From a virus (Duplodnaviria > Caudoviricetes), in IMG/VR virus record IMGVR_UViG_2906976556_000001, positions 1 through 64,000 of that record: a stretch of 64,000 bases of DNA, one strand, 5' to 3'. Every line of letters starts with the position of its first letter. Position 1 is the stretch's first letter. The position numbers were made by a program, and so were the translations under genes. Below the pieces are notes generated by a model, which was not told where the DNA came from, did no database searches, and saw only the letters and a list, made by a program, of their open reading frames with translations. Below, piece after piece: positions 46,416 through 55,859 of this stretch.

Positions 46416-47008
46416 CGGATCCCCTGTCGGTTTGGCTGGTTCCGGTTTCGGCGTGGGCGACGTGAACGGCCCGGGTTGTTCGCCCACATCGGTGGCGTTA
46501 ACGAAGGGCTGGGCATGCGGACCCATGCATGCCCCGATTCGCGGGGCGTGTCTTCGCCTTCCATCCGTGTCGTGGTGACACCGGTGTCGGGATCTGTCGA
46601 ATGCTCGGCGACGACACCGATATGGACTCGGCCGTTCTCGTCCTGGTAGCCGATGCGGTCGCCGCGCTGCAGTCTCGGCGCCTCAGGGCGAGGGGCATCA
46701 ACGAGGACGATGTCACGGAAGATCGCCGCTATGGACTCCGCATGCTCGGCGAGACGACGGAGCGCCGACGTGACGCCGTCCCCGACGGTGATAGTCCACC
46801 CTGGTGTTCCGCTGCCCCATGGAACGAACACGTTGTCGGTGAGCGGGCCCTCGGAAGCCGAGCCGGGGCAGCCTGTCTGCGGCAGGCCGTGCCACGACCT
46901 GCCGCAGCGGCACACTGGGGCGCGGCCCCCGAAGACTGGTTCGCCGCCCGCCATCTGCTCGTCCACGAGGCGATCGATGTCGTCGAGGACGTCCTGCTCT
47001 GGGTTCAT
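46412..47008 (-). CDS. Hypothetical Cys/His protein inside the RNA-repair operon
   Basis: CRCGRSWHGLP...CPGS; overlaps both neighbours. Confidence 0.65.
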   Translation of the reverse strand: MNPEQDVLDDIDRLVDEQMAGGEPVFGGRAPVCRCGRSWHGLPQTGCPGSASEGPLTDNVFVPWGSGTPGWTITVGDGVTSALRRLAEHAESIAAIFRDIVLVDAPRPEAPRLQRGDRIGYQDENGRVHIGVVAEHSTDPDTGVTTTRMEGEDTPRESGHAWVRMPSPSLTPPMWANNPGRSRRPRRNRNQPNRQGIR

Positions 47009-48579
47009 CAGAACGGCCAGTCGGTGTCGGTTCCGTTCTCCAGGAGGGGGATCTGCCGGAACGCTTGATCCGTCAGTCCGCCGAAAACGTGACGGTTGGG
47101 TCCGGATGCGGTGTGGCCATGCCGGTATCCGGCCAGGTTGTACGTGAACAGGGGGACGTGATCGGGGATGACGTCGCCCGGGTCTCCGTAGTAGCCGCCG
47201 CCCTGTTCGTCCGTGAGGATGACGACACGGTTGTGACTGGAGAACGCAGCCTTCGTCGCCCCGGCGGTCGCTGTACCGCCGCCGAGGAAGTAGCCGTCCG
47301 TCCGCCACCGCTTCAACCCGGACAGGAGGGATTCACCGAGGACCTTCGGGAAGATCGCGGCCCGGTTCGAGTAGGACACGACGGTGGCGTCGTCGCAACG
47401 CCGCGCCAACGCCAACCCGAACAGGGTGGCGGCGTCCCACCGCATCAGGGTGCCGTCCTTCGAGAACCCGGAATGCATCGAGCTCGACGTGTCGACCATG
47501 ATCAACGTCCGACCCGGCAGGGAGGGGATGTTGGCGACCGATGCGTCGAGTGCCTTCTCCAGCGGGTACGACCAGCGCAGCGACGGGGCCGCGTTGTACG
47601 CGGACAGGAAGCGGAGCGGGAACTGGCGAGACCTCGCGACCTGAAGCGGTTCGGACAGGAACGCGGCGACGACCTCCGCCACCTCATCGGAAACGCCAGC
47701 CTGGTCGAAGTTGCGGAGATTCCGGAGCAGGGCCATGTAGCCCATCGACGGGATGATCGCCTCCCACAGCTCCTTCGTCCACGGCCCGTTCACCAACGAC
47801 GGAATCGACTCCCACGTCGCGCCTGCGTCTGCGAGCGCAGGCGCAAGCGCACCCGTCTCGGCGAGATGGGTGACCTGGGTGGGGTTGAGCTTGCGAAGCG
47901 AGGCATTGCGGCGCAGGGTCTCGAGCTCGCCGGGGATCTCCAATCCGTCGACGCCGATCCGCTGCCCGATGACGTAATGGAACAGCGCCTGCTGCCACTC
48001 GGCCTTCGGTGTCGGCCGGGTCAGCCGGATGACGTCAGCGAACCGCACACCATGAGACGCGGTGTCGTACTTGAGGACCGAGCGTTCCGTGTACAGCCGA
48101 ACGACTGCATCAGCGACGCCGCGCTTCACCGGCTTCGGCAGCTTCCGGCCGTACCGTGAATGCCAGTAGGCGATGAACTCGCCTGGCTCGTCCGGCCGCT
48201 GCAGGACCGCGTTGACGATGCCGCGGGAACCGTCAAGGCCCGCGTCGAGGCGGGCCTTCACTGCTTCGGCAGCGAGAACGAGAGACGCAGTCCGCATGTT
48301 CGCCTCGGAACGCAGCCAGGTCGCGAACCGTGTCAACCAGTCGAAGTCATCGACAGCGACCGCCTTGACCAGTGAGGTGAAGCGGGAGTCGCGGTCGCGG
48401 GCGTTCTCGTAGAACGTGTCCTCGCCAACCATGTTCGCCACCGCCAGCAGGAACAGTTCCGACTTAGTGTCACGGGTGAACCCGGGTGCGCCTTCGAACG
48501 TGCGGCCGGACGGGGAGGTCTCCGACCGGATCGGGCCTCTACCCGCCGGACGAGCCAGGGCGGTGTTGAACTTCGACAT
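47008..48579 (-). CDS. Ro60/TROVE-domain RNA-binding protein (Rsr ortholog)
   Basis: TROVE motifs ELFLLAV, NMRT, KPVKRGVADA, YMALLRNLRN; vWA DTSSSM and ILTDEQ. Confidence 0.93.
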   Translation of the reverse strand: MSKFNTALARPAGRGPIRSETSPSGRTFEGAPGFTRDTKSELFLLAVANMVGEDTFYENARDRDSRFTSLVKAVAVDDFDWLTRFATWLRSEANMRTASLVLAAEAVKARLDAGLDGSRGIVNAVLQRPDEPGEFIAYWHSRYGRKLPKPVKRGVADAVVRLYTERSVLKYDTASHGVRFADVIRLTRPTPKAEWQQALFHYVIGQRIGVDGLEIPGELETLRRNASLRKLNPTQVTHLAETGALAPALADAGATWESIPSLVNGPWTKELWEAIIPSMGYMALLRNLRNFDQAGVSDEVAEVVAAFLSEPLQVARSRQFPLRFLSAYNAAPSLRWSYPLEKALDASVANIPSLPGRTLIMVDTSSSMHSGFSKDGTLMRWDAATLFGLALARRCDDATVVSYSNRAAIFPKVLGESLLSGLKRWRTDGYFLGGGTATAGATKAAFSSHNRVVILTDEQGGGYYGDPGDVIPDHVPLFTYNLAGYRHGHTASGPNRHVFGGLTDQAFRQIPLLENGTDTDWPF

Positions 48580-48623
48580 GGGGCCTCTCTCAACATCGTT
48601 GGAGGGGAGCCGAACCATGCGTA

Positions 48624-48758
48624 GCAGTGCCGAGAAACGGAAGGGGGCCACGCTGATTAAATTTCTCGCTCTACCAACTGAGCTACCTGAGCTGCACGCA
48701 CAGGGCGGGGGTCGAACCCGCGACACAGAAGGATGCGCAGTCGGCACACCGGCACTGC
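48624..48758 (-). ncRNA. Y RNA, YrlA-like tRNA mimic
   Basis: 9-bp terminal stem GCAGTGCCG/CGGCACTGC; T-arm GCGGGTTCGACCCCCGC lies 5' of D-arm TAGCTCAGTTGGTAGAGC; adjacent to Ro60. Confidence 0.85.
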
Positions 48759-48773
48759 CACTATGGAATTAGG

Positions 48774-48877
48774 CCCCCGAGGAATAGTGCGTAACCGTCT
48801 GCGGGCTTGAACCGCAACAACGAACCACAGTCCGTTGCCTGAACCAGAAGTAACGGTCCGACGCGACACACCGGGAG
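48774..48877 (-). ncRNA. Y-RNA-like RNA with T-arm only
   Basis: Terminal stem; shared GGTGTG and GTTACTTCT motifs; GCGGTTCAAGCCCGC T-arm. Confidence 0.7.
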
Positions 48878-48893
48878 TGCAAATGCGTTTAGT

Positions 48894-49036
48894 GCGTGGC
48901 TGAGGAAAAGTCGATGGTGGTAACGAAGTGTTCTAGGCCGCTGAACTACGGGACTCGTTGAGCCTCGGTGGGATTCGAACCCACGTCTCTCTCTTAGCAG
49001 GAGAAGTAACCACATGCATCTGCACACCAGCCACGC
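48894..49036 (-). ncRNA. Y RNA, circularly permuted tRNA mimic with anticodon-like arm
   Basis: Stem GCGTGGCTG/CAGCCACGC; TTCTC-CTGCTAA-GAGAG; T-arm GTGGGTTCGAATCCCAC; closed acceptor; D-arm TAGTTCAGCGGCCTAGAAC. Confidence 0.85.
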
Positions 49037-49049
49037 TGTTCAGTTGTAA

Positions 49050-49122
49050 TGCTTCAGAGAAAGCCGTGGGGCACGGGATAATTCACCCAAAGAAGTACCG
49101 CGACCCGATCACACCTGAAGCA
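49050..49122 (-). ncRNA. Minimal Y-RNA-like RNA
   Basis: Stem TGCTTCAG/CTGAAGCA; GGTGTG, GGTACTTCT and TTTCT motifs; no tRNA arms. Confidence 0.7.
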
Positions 49123-49128
49123 CCACAA

Positions 49129-49157
49129 ACGTTATCGGCGCCGACGTTGACACTCAA
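49129..49157 (-). promoter_or_regulatory. SigA-like promoter for the Y RNA/Ro60 operon
   Basis: TTGAGT-17bp-TAACGT; predicted +1 near 49122, the 5' end of the first Y RNA. Confidence 0.6.
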
Positions 49158-49172
49158 CCTGTTTCCGAACGG

Positions 49173-49961
49173 TCAGAATCGGCGGTCGATCTCGGCGGCC
49201 GCCCAGTCCGTCCACGTCAGCGTCGAGCCGGGGAATCGCTCGGTCGCATACAGGGTGTGTTCGGTGGTGCGCGGTGTCCGGGCCGGGTTGGGGAATGCGT
49301 ATCCGGCGAGGCCGATGAGTGCTTCGGTGTAGCGGCCGGGGCGGATGCGGGCGAGCCAGTCAGCTTTGCGGAGGGCGTCGACGGACTTGAACGGGTCGGC
49401 GGCTTTGCCTTCGAGTGCTGCGAAGGGGGAGAGTCCGCGGGCGATGTGTCGTGCGGGGGAGTATTCGTCGGCGTTGCCGATGATGTCGTGCGGGTTGCAG
49501 ACTTCGAGGTTCAACATTCCGGCGGGGAGTGGGCCGTGGGATGAGTGAAGGCCAGAGCCTTTCAGCCCGGAGACGGCGGAGTCGCCCCTGTTTCGGGACG
49601 GGTTTGCGATGCCGACGTGGAAAGCGATCTCCATCCGCGACCCGTCACGGTTCCGGTACTTGCCGGAGGCGACGCCTTCGAGGAACCGCATCGCGGCAAT
49701 GCCACCGAGACTGTACGACACGAGTCCGACAACATCGTTCGTCGATTGGACGAAGCGGACGAGGTCGGCGACGGCCTGGGTGACGGAGTCGTCGAGGGAC
49801 AGTGGGAGTTCCCCGGCCGCGCGGATGTTCCCGATCGATGCCGAATATGAGATGTCGTAAAGGTCCCACTTGTTTTGGAAGTGGCGGGCGACGTGGCCGG
49901 TCATGGCGCCGTTGAGTGCACCGCGCTGGTTGGCGGTGCCGCGGATCGTTACGAGGATCAT
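49173..49961 (-). CDS. Lysin B-like alpha/beta hydrolase
   Basis: IRGT, YSAS, SYSLGG nucleophile elbow, ANPSR, DII, H..Y. Confidence 0.75.
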   Translation of the reverse strand: MILVTIRGTANQRGALNGAMTGHVARHFQNKWDLYDISYSASIGNIRAAGELPLSLDDSVTQAVADLVRFVQSTNDVVGLVSYSLGGIAAMRFLEGVASGKYRNRDGSRMEIAFHVGIANPSRNRGDSAVSGLKGSGLHSSHGPLPAGMLNLEVCNPHDIIGNADEYSPARHIARGLSPFAALEGKAADPFKSVDALRKADWLARIRPGRYTEALIGLAGYAFPNPARTPRTTEHTLYATERFPGSTLTWTDWAAAEIDRRF

Positions 49962-50332
49962 GGGGTCTCCAGTTCGGTGATCTCCAAGGTGATGCGCGGG
50001 TTCGCGCGGTCGAGTTCGACGCGGCAGGACTCGGTGCGGACGAACACGTAGTGGTCGTCGGGCCAGACACCGGCGTCTTTGAAGCCGTCGATCGTCGCTT
50101 TCAGGAGAGGAAAGAGGCTGCCAGCGTCGCGGCGGATGGCGTTGGGCGCCCACCACGTGATGAGGACGTCGGAGCGGGTGTGCTCGCGGATCTTCAGGGA
50201 TTTCGCGAGGGCCCACATTTCGCGGCGGACGGTCTTGGTGGTGCGCGAGTTGTGGCGGCCGGTGGACCGGGCGGACTCGTTGGATGTTTTCGGTGGCCGC
50301 AGGTAGGGGAGTGTGACGAGGGTGGCGGTCAC
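49958..50332 (-). CDS. RusA-like Holliday junction resolvase
   Basis: RRDAG...LKATIDG..DAGVWPDD. Confidence 0.8.
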   Translation of the reverse strand: MTATLVTLPYLRPPKTSNESARSTGRHNSRTTKTVRREMWALAKSLKIREHTRSDVLITWWAPNAIRRDAGSLFPLLKATIDGFKDAGVWPDDHYVFVRTESCRVELDRANPRITLEITELETP

Positions 50333-50522
50333 AGGATTTCGTCCATCAGCTCGAGAGTGAGGCTGTCAGCATTCTCGGCCGCAATCGACTCCGGTATGCC
50401 CAGCATCGAACACAGGGCACCCAGGGATAGCGTCAGCGCTTGCGACATGTGGGTGAGCAGTTCGATGCGCTGCCCGGTGTCGAGTTGCGCGATGAACGAC
50501 TCCCACGCCTCCGCTTCAGTGT

Positions 50523-50762
50523 TCACGTCTGGCTTTCCGCAGCGAGACGACGAAGCCGGTACACGTACCAGCGCACTTTCTTCCACGTCGACGTCGGCCC
50601 GTAGTGCTCGTAGCAGGGCGCCGAGTACCACCATTGGCCGCACTCGTCGCATTCCGCGACTGAGTAGTCGGCGTATCCGGTGGAGCCGTAGCCGCCTCGC
50701 ATCGTTGGGAGGTCGCACTGGTGTTTCCTGTTCTCGCGTGGTTCGATCACGCGGGCGCTCAT
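50523..50762 (-). CDS. Small Zn-binding hypothetical protein
   Basis: HQC...CDECGQWW; coupled. Confidence 0.5.
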   Translation of the reverse strand: MSARVIEPRENRKHQCDLPTMRGGYGSTGYADYSVAECDECGQWWYSAPCYEHYGPTSTWKKVRWYVYRLRRLAAESQT

Positions 50763-51001
50763 GGCTTTTGCTCCTGGTCCTTGCGTTCGCGGCTTCGACG
50801 CCGGTTGTGGCGTTCGTTGGCGACGCAGGTGCCGTCGGAGTGCCCGAGGGCGTAGATACGTGCCGCTAGCCGATGCAGATCGGAGATGCCCGATTCGTCA
50901 AGGGCAGTCTTGTTGTCGAACTTGTCGGCGGATCGACGCTCGTTGTCGACGTACTCCTCAACGAGCTGAACAACTTCGTTCGGTTCTACTGGCAGGCTCA
51001 T
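50759..51001 (-). CDS. Hypothetical protein
   Basis: Coupled early-region ORF. Confidence 0.5.
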   Translation of the reverse strand: MSLPVEPNEVVQLVEEYVDNERRSADKFDNKTALDESGISDLHRLAARIYALGHSDGTCVANERHNRRRSRERKDQEQKP

Positions 51002-51708
51002 CGCTTACCGCCTCTCATCGCGAAGGCCAGCGCCCGATAGCGCCAATACTGGCGCAACGACATGTGGCAGAACCACTCGTGTGTCGCGCCGAATCCGACG
51101 CACAGTCCAGCTACGAACGCGAGAATCGTTGCTCCGCTCATGGGGTCCTCCGCGCTTCGTAGTATTTCGCGAGTGCATCCTGTGCTTCCGCGAGCGCATG
51201 ATCGACGGCGTACTGGTGTTGCCAGTCGGTCTCGGGGTGCCGGTATTCGCGGTCCCGTTGTTCCTGCGCGTGCATCACCTTGAGCCGTGGTCGTTCCAGT
51301 TCGATGTCGACCGCTGGAGGCTCCGGCTCCTTCGGTGTGAGGGTGTATGCCGCCGACACCACAGAAGCCACATGAGCGGGGTAGTTCTCGCCCCACCATC
51401 CGCATTCGCAGTTCGATGCGTCGTCGGATGATGCTGGCCCGAAGTAGCGGCAGACGTGGTCTCGCAGTAGTGCGGTGAGGTCGGTTTCCACGCTCACACA
51501 CCACCCCTCAATCCGGAGCGCCACAACATCAGCGACATGACAGCCGACGATGCGATGTAGGCAGTGAACAGTGCTGCGATGGTGGGGACGTAGCTCGAAT
51601 CCCATCTCCACGAGGCGACGACTGCAAACCACAGTGCAGCAAGCAGTGACGTGATCCGAGTCAGTGTTACGAGGGCAGCGAATGCAATGGCTACCCGATC
51701 CCCCGCGC

Positions 51709-51982
51709 TCACTTGCTCTCCTCCCCAGCAGCAGGCACAGCAGCGAGAGCGGCGATACGCACAGGCCCGAACCGGCGCACCAGCTCGTCCCAGGCGTAGT
51801 AAACCTTGCCGCCGAACAGGTAGCCCTTCCATTCGTTGTCGTGTGTGCGCCCGAACCTCAGCGCCACTCCGCTGTCGTACTCGTCGATGTCGTCGAACTC
51901 GATCGAATCGACGGCGATCACGTTCTCTGCGGGCTCGGGCGAGCCCATGTCGAGGACGGTTCCGATTGCGTTGTCAGTCATT
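51709..51982 (-). CDS. Hypothetical phage protein
   Basis: GSPEP...WDELVRRFGPV; GAGGAG RBS; start approximate. Confidence 0.5.
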
Positions 51983-53064
51983 GGTGTTCTCCTCAGCAGG
52001 CTTCGCAGTCGCCGCACGACTCTGAATTGCCGCGTCCGATCACAGGACCGGAGTCGACATCCTCGTATCCGAGAGCCATATACTGCTCGCGGATTTCACG
52101 CAGGCTAGGCCGATGGTCACTCATGGTTGGTGTTCTCCTGTGCGGAAACAGGCGCGGCCCGGACGATGCGATTGCCGTCGTCGCATTCCGCCTCACACGC
52201 ACCATCGTGGTTGTCGGTCAGGTTGAGGGCTTCGTGGTTGGGGTCTGTCGCGCAGTGCGGGCAGCACCGAAACTTCGCGCCCATCACTCACCGTCCTGTG
52301 CGGAAGGGGCGGGGAGCCACTGCGCGATCGTGAACAGCTCCCCGTTCTGCCGCACCTCGAACCAGTGACGGTGCCACTCGCCTTCGTTGTCGCAGCCGAC
52401 TCCATCCACGCGCCCGCACCACTTGACGCGCGGCCGGTAAGCGAGACGTGACTCGGTGATCGACAGCACCTCGCTACCGTGTTGCAGGCCGACGTTGTGC
52501 TCCAGGTCCGCTTGCAACTCGGCACGATCGAGGTCGTGGCCCTGGTGAATCCGCCCCCAACGATCGTTGCTCGTGTAGATGTCCTGCGGGTAGGCGCTCA
52601 CGATTCCTCCTGTGCGGGTGCGGTAGGCGAAGCAGCAGCGGCGAGGGGTTCCCAATCCGAATCCAGTTCGTCGCGGTACTCCAACTGAACCGTGTCCACG
52701 CCAGGCAGACCGGCAAGTGCGCTCTGATGCAACTCGAACCACCGCTCGGCTTCCTCGCGATCGCAACCGAACGTCGTCGGCAACATGTACTTCTGACCGA
52801 GGGTCGACGCGGCCCGGTAGGTGCGCACTATGCCGTCGCTGGGCACGATGGTGTGTCCGTGGTGCCGCAACCGCTCCACCTGGTGGCCTGCAAGTATTCG
52901 GCGTGCTTGCGGAGGTATCAGGAACTCCGACTTAGACTTCGGAGCCACCTCCTCATGGCCACACAGGCAGACCGCGCGCACTTCATGTCTCCCTGGCATA
53001 GAGACCAAAGACCAACTCGACAGGCCGTGCTCCGCGATGATGGCTTCGGGTGACACATCAGACA

Positions 53065-53451
53065 TCAGACGGCCTTCTCTCGGTAGTACCAACCGTCCCA
53101 ATCCACAGGCACCTCAGGGAAGCCACGTAGCACCGCATCCAGCTTCTCGGTCACCGATTGCCAGCCACCGAACGCCGACTTGAACTCCGGGTTGTGCAGC
53201 AACGTCGTTCCATCCCAACGAAACATCCAGTTCCCGCCGTAGCGGGTGTCAGCGACAGACAGCAACGAGTCGAAGTCGCTCGCATCACGATCAGTGAACG
53301 AAAACAGGCGGTAGGAGCCGAGCGTTACGACTGTCTCGCCGTGCTTACGGCTCGCCCACAGCGCGTCGACTCGCTCGCCGTCGAACGTTGCCGGTGCGAA
53401 CGCATATGGCGTCCGTGAGGGTGTGAACTTGTCACGCTTCGTGAGGCTCAT
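53065..53451 (-). CDS. Hypothetical protein
   Basis: Coupled early-region ORF. Confidence 0.5.
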   Translation of the reverse strand: MSLTKRDKFTPSRTPYAFAPATFDGERVDALWASRKHGETVVTLGSYRLFSFTDRDASDFDSLLSVADTRYGGNWMFRWDGTTLLHNPEFKSAFGGWQSVTEKLDAVLRGFPEVPVDWDGWYYREKAV

Positions 53452-53743
53452 CGTGGATCACCCGACTCCCACAACACCGTCGCAGACAACTTCGGCTGCC
53501 CAACGCCGTAACCAACTGCGACCCAACCGCCATTCCATCGCTCCATCACGGCCGTGTCAGCGTCGCGGATAACAGTCTCCATCACGCAAGCGTCCAGCTC
53601 TTCGACCGATTCGATCAGTCGTGCTGGTGGACGCCAACCCGCAGCGAGAACCGCCTCCGCGAGAGCGTGTTCCGTCGGGTAACGGTCCGGCGGCCGCTTG
53701 TCGTAGTCGGCGCGGATCGTCGCAGCCAATGCATCTCGTTCGC

Positions 53744-54091
53744 TCATGCCGAGTAGTCCTTTCTCGCGGCCTTCGTCAAATGCCAGAACCCACACGCACA
53801 CTGGTACGAACGAGACGGCAACGCGCCGCTACGGCGGGAGCGTTGCCACACCGTCGACATCGACTGCTCAGCCCGCTCCCGGCTAGCGAATTTCTTCTTT
53901 CCCGGATGCGGGCACGGCGGCCGACCAGCCTGCTCGAGATGCTCCCGGCCCCGCTCCGCCGCCAACGTTTCGTGACGCGTGTAATCACCGCGATACTCCC
54001 AACCACACGAACACGACGTCCGGTACATGCGACGCTTCGCCCCAGTCACCGCAGGAGACAAGCCGACGATGCGGATCCGATGCCCGCTCAC
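53744..54091 (-). CDS. Zn-finger hypothetical protein
   Basis: CSCGW; RSYQCACGFWHLT. Confidence 0.55.
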   Translation of the reverse strand: MSGHRIRIVGLSPAVTGAKRRMYRTSCSCGWEYRGDYTRHETLAAERGREHLEQAGRPPCPHPGKKKFASRERAEQSMSTVWQRSRRSGALPSRSYQCACGFWHLTKAARKDYSA

Positions 54092-55103
54092 GACGCCCGC
54101 CCCATCTCGCCGTCCTTCAACGCCAACCGGCAGTCACGGCACGCCCCACAAATGCACACACCATCCACCGACTGCGGCGACCCGCCATCGAAACTCCGCA
54201 CCTGACCAACCACCGCACGCAACCGCTTCACAGGAGTCTTCCCGTCACTCACACGATCACCCGCTCATAGCCAGCCCGAAACTCCAATTCCCGCAACACC
54301 TGAAACATGCCCGTTCCGACACGGACAATCCAGCCGTTTGGATACACGTCAGTGGGCTGACCGTCCGGGTCGATCAGCTCGAACACATACCCGCCGAACG
54401 GGGCCGGCCGCGACAGTTGGAACGTCCAGCCTTCCGGATCAGTCCACGCTGCAACCTGTTTGGCCGACTCCGGAGTGTTGTCCCACTGCATCGCCTGCAC
54501 CCGCTCCGGGCGCTTCTGAAACACCAACACCCCGGTCACAACACGCCTCCCTCGGAGGGCTTCGAAATGTCTTGTGGTCGTCGCAGAGTGCGGACGCCGT
54601 CGCCGACATTCGTGACGACGATCGACGGGTCGATCTTGATATCGCCCTCCACGAACAGGCGGACCTGCACGAACTTGAACCGCTCGACCTCCGTGTGGTG
54701 AATCTCGAGACCTTCGGTGGACACAGCCCACGGGACGAACTCGCCGTTCAGGTAGAGCTCGTAGCCGCCATCAACGTCGTCCTTGCGGCGGATCTCGAAC
54801 GCGCTGGCAATTCGGTCGCTTCGATCGCTCATGCTGTGCGTCCTTCGATCAGCGAGAGCGTGTACATCGGCATCTCGCCGCGCTGGTCGTACGTCTTGGC
54901 CTTGACCGTGACGATGGTGTTCCGGTCCCAGTTCGCGGTCTGGGCCATGATCTCGTCGAGGTCGGCGAGTGTGATGTTGTCGCGCGCTTCGAGTTTCAGT
55001 TCGGTGGTGAGCTGTGCACGCCGCGGGGCGCGAGCTCGTCGGCCAGCCGATTCCATCTGCTCGGTCTCCATGTTCTGCTGAAGTGGTTGCTGATTCCAGA
55101 TGC

Positions 55104-55859
55104 TCATTGCCCCTCCTGGGGGTGTAGTGGTTCGGAATGAAATCGGTTGACTGCGTCGGGTTTCGGGTGGCAGTCACGTGGTCGCGGTGAACAGCAGTCC
55201 CTGCACACCGACATCGATCGATGCCGTGCAGACGGACCGGGGCATGCGCTCTCATGGGTGCACTCGTACGTCCCGTCGCCGTGATTGACGACATCGCCGC
55301 CGCAATGGAATCGGAGCGGCCGATCCGGGTACTCACGCGACCACTTCTGCTCGTACTCGTATGCGCCCCAAAAACATTTCTGCCGCAGATGGAACGTCAC
55401 AGGCGGCCCGAGGACCGCGACGACGTTCTCCTGCCAGGTCACGGCCTGTTGGCGGCGGGTGACAACCTCCTCGCAGGCGGGGCAGACGCCGGCCGTCTCA
55501 TACCTGGCTGCGTTCTCCGCCGACTCGGCCGCGATCTTCACGGACACGACCTCACGACACGGCGTCAGATCCCCGCACTTCACACACACCGGATAGTGCT
55601 CGCCGAGGATCGGCCACAGGGTGTCCACGACCCGGCCGTGAATGTCTTCGTCCATCGCCGTACGCCAAGTGTCGAGTTGCGCGGGACGCAGGTGCAGCAT
55701 GTACGGCTTGCACCAGGTCTGTTCGCCGTCGCGCAGCGGTGAGTCTCGGACTTCCATGACTCGCCACGGCTGGTAGTCGTGGCCGATGATGTCTCCGACG
55801 TCGGGTCGAGTCTTGGCGTCGACGCGTCGAGCGCCGTCCGGCCACCACTGCCGCCTCAC
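55104..55859 (-). CDS. Cys-rich hypothetical protein
   Basis: Several CxxC motifs. Confidence 0.6.
   Translation of the reverse strand: MRRQWWPDGARRVDAKTRPDVGDIIGHDYQPWRVMEVRDSPLRDGEQTWCKPYMLHLRPAQLDTWRTAMDEDIHGRVVDTLWPILGEHYPVCVKCGDLTPCREVVSVKIAAESAENAARYETAGVCPACEEVVTRRQQAVTWQENVVAVLGPPVTFHLRQKCFWGAYEYEQKWSREYPDRPLRFHCGGDVVNHGDGTYECTHESACPGPSARHRSMSVCRDCCSPRPRDCHPKPDAVNRFHSEPLHPQEGQ

Noticed and set aside
48660-49005. Apparent tRNA genes (T-loop and D-loop motifs)
   Set aside because: Arms are in permuted order (T before D), acceptor stems are loop-closed and there is no CCA; better explained as Y RNAs beside Ro60.
48624-49122. Possible CRISPR-like array
   Set aside because: No identical repeats with regular spacers and no cas genes; units share only short motifs and structure.
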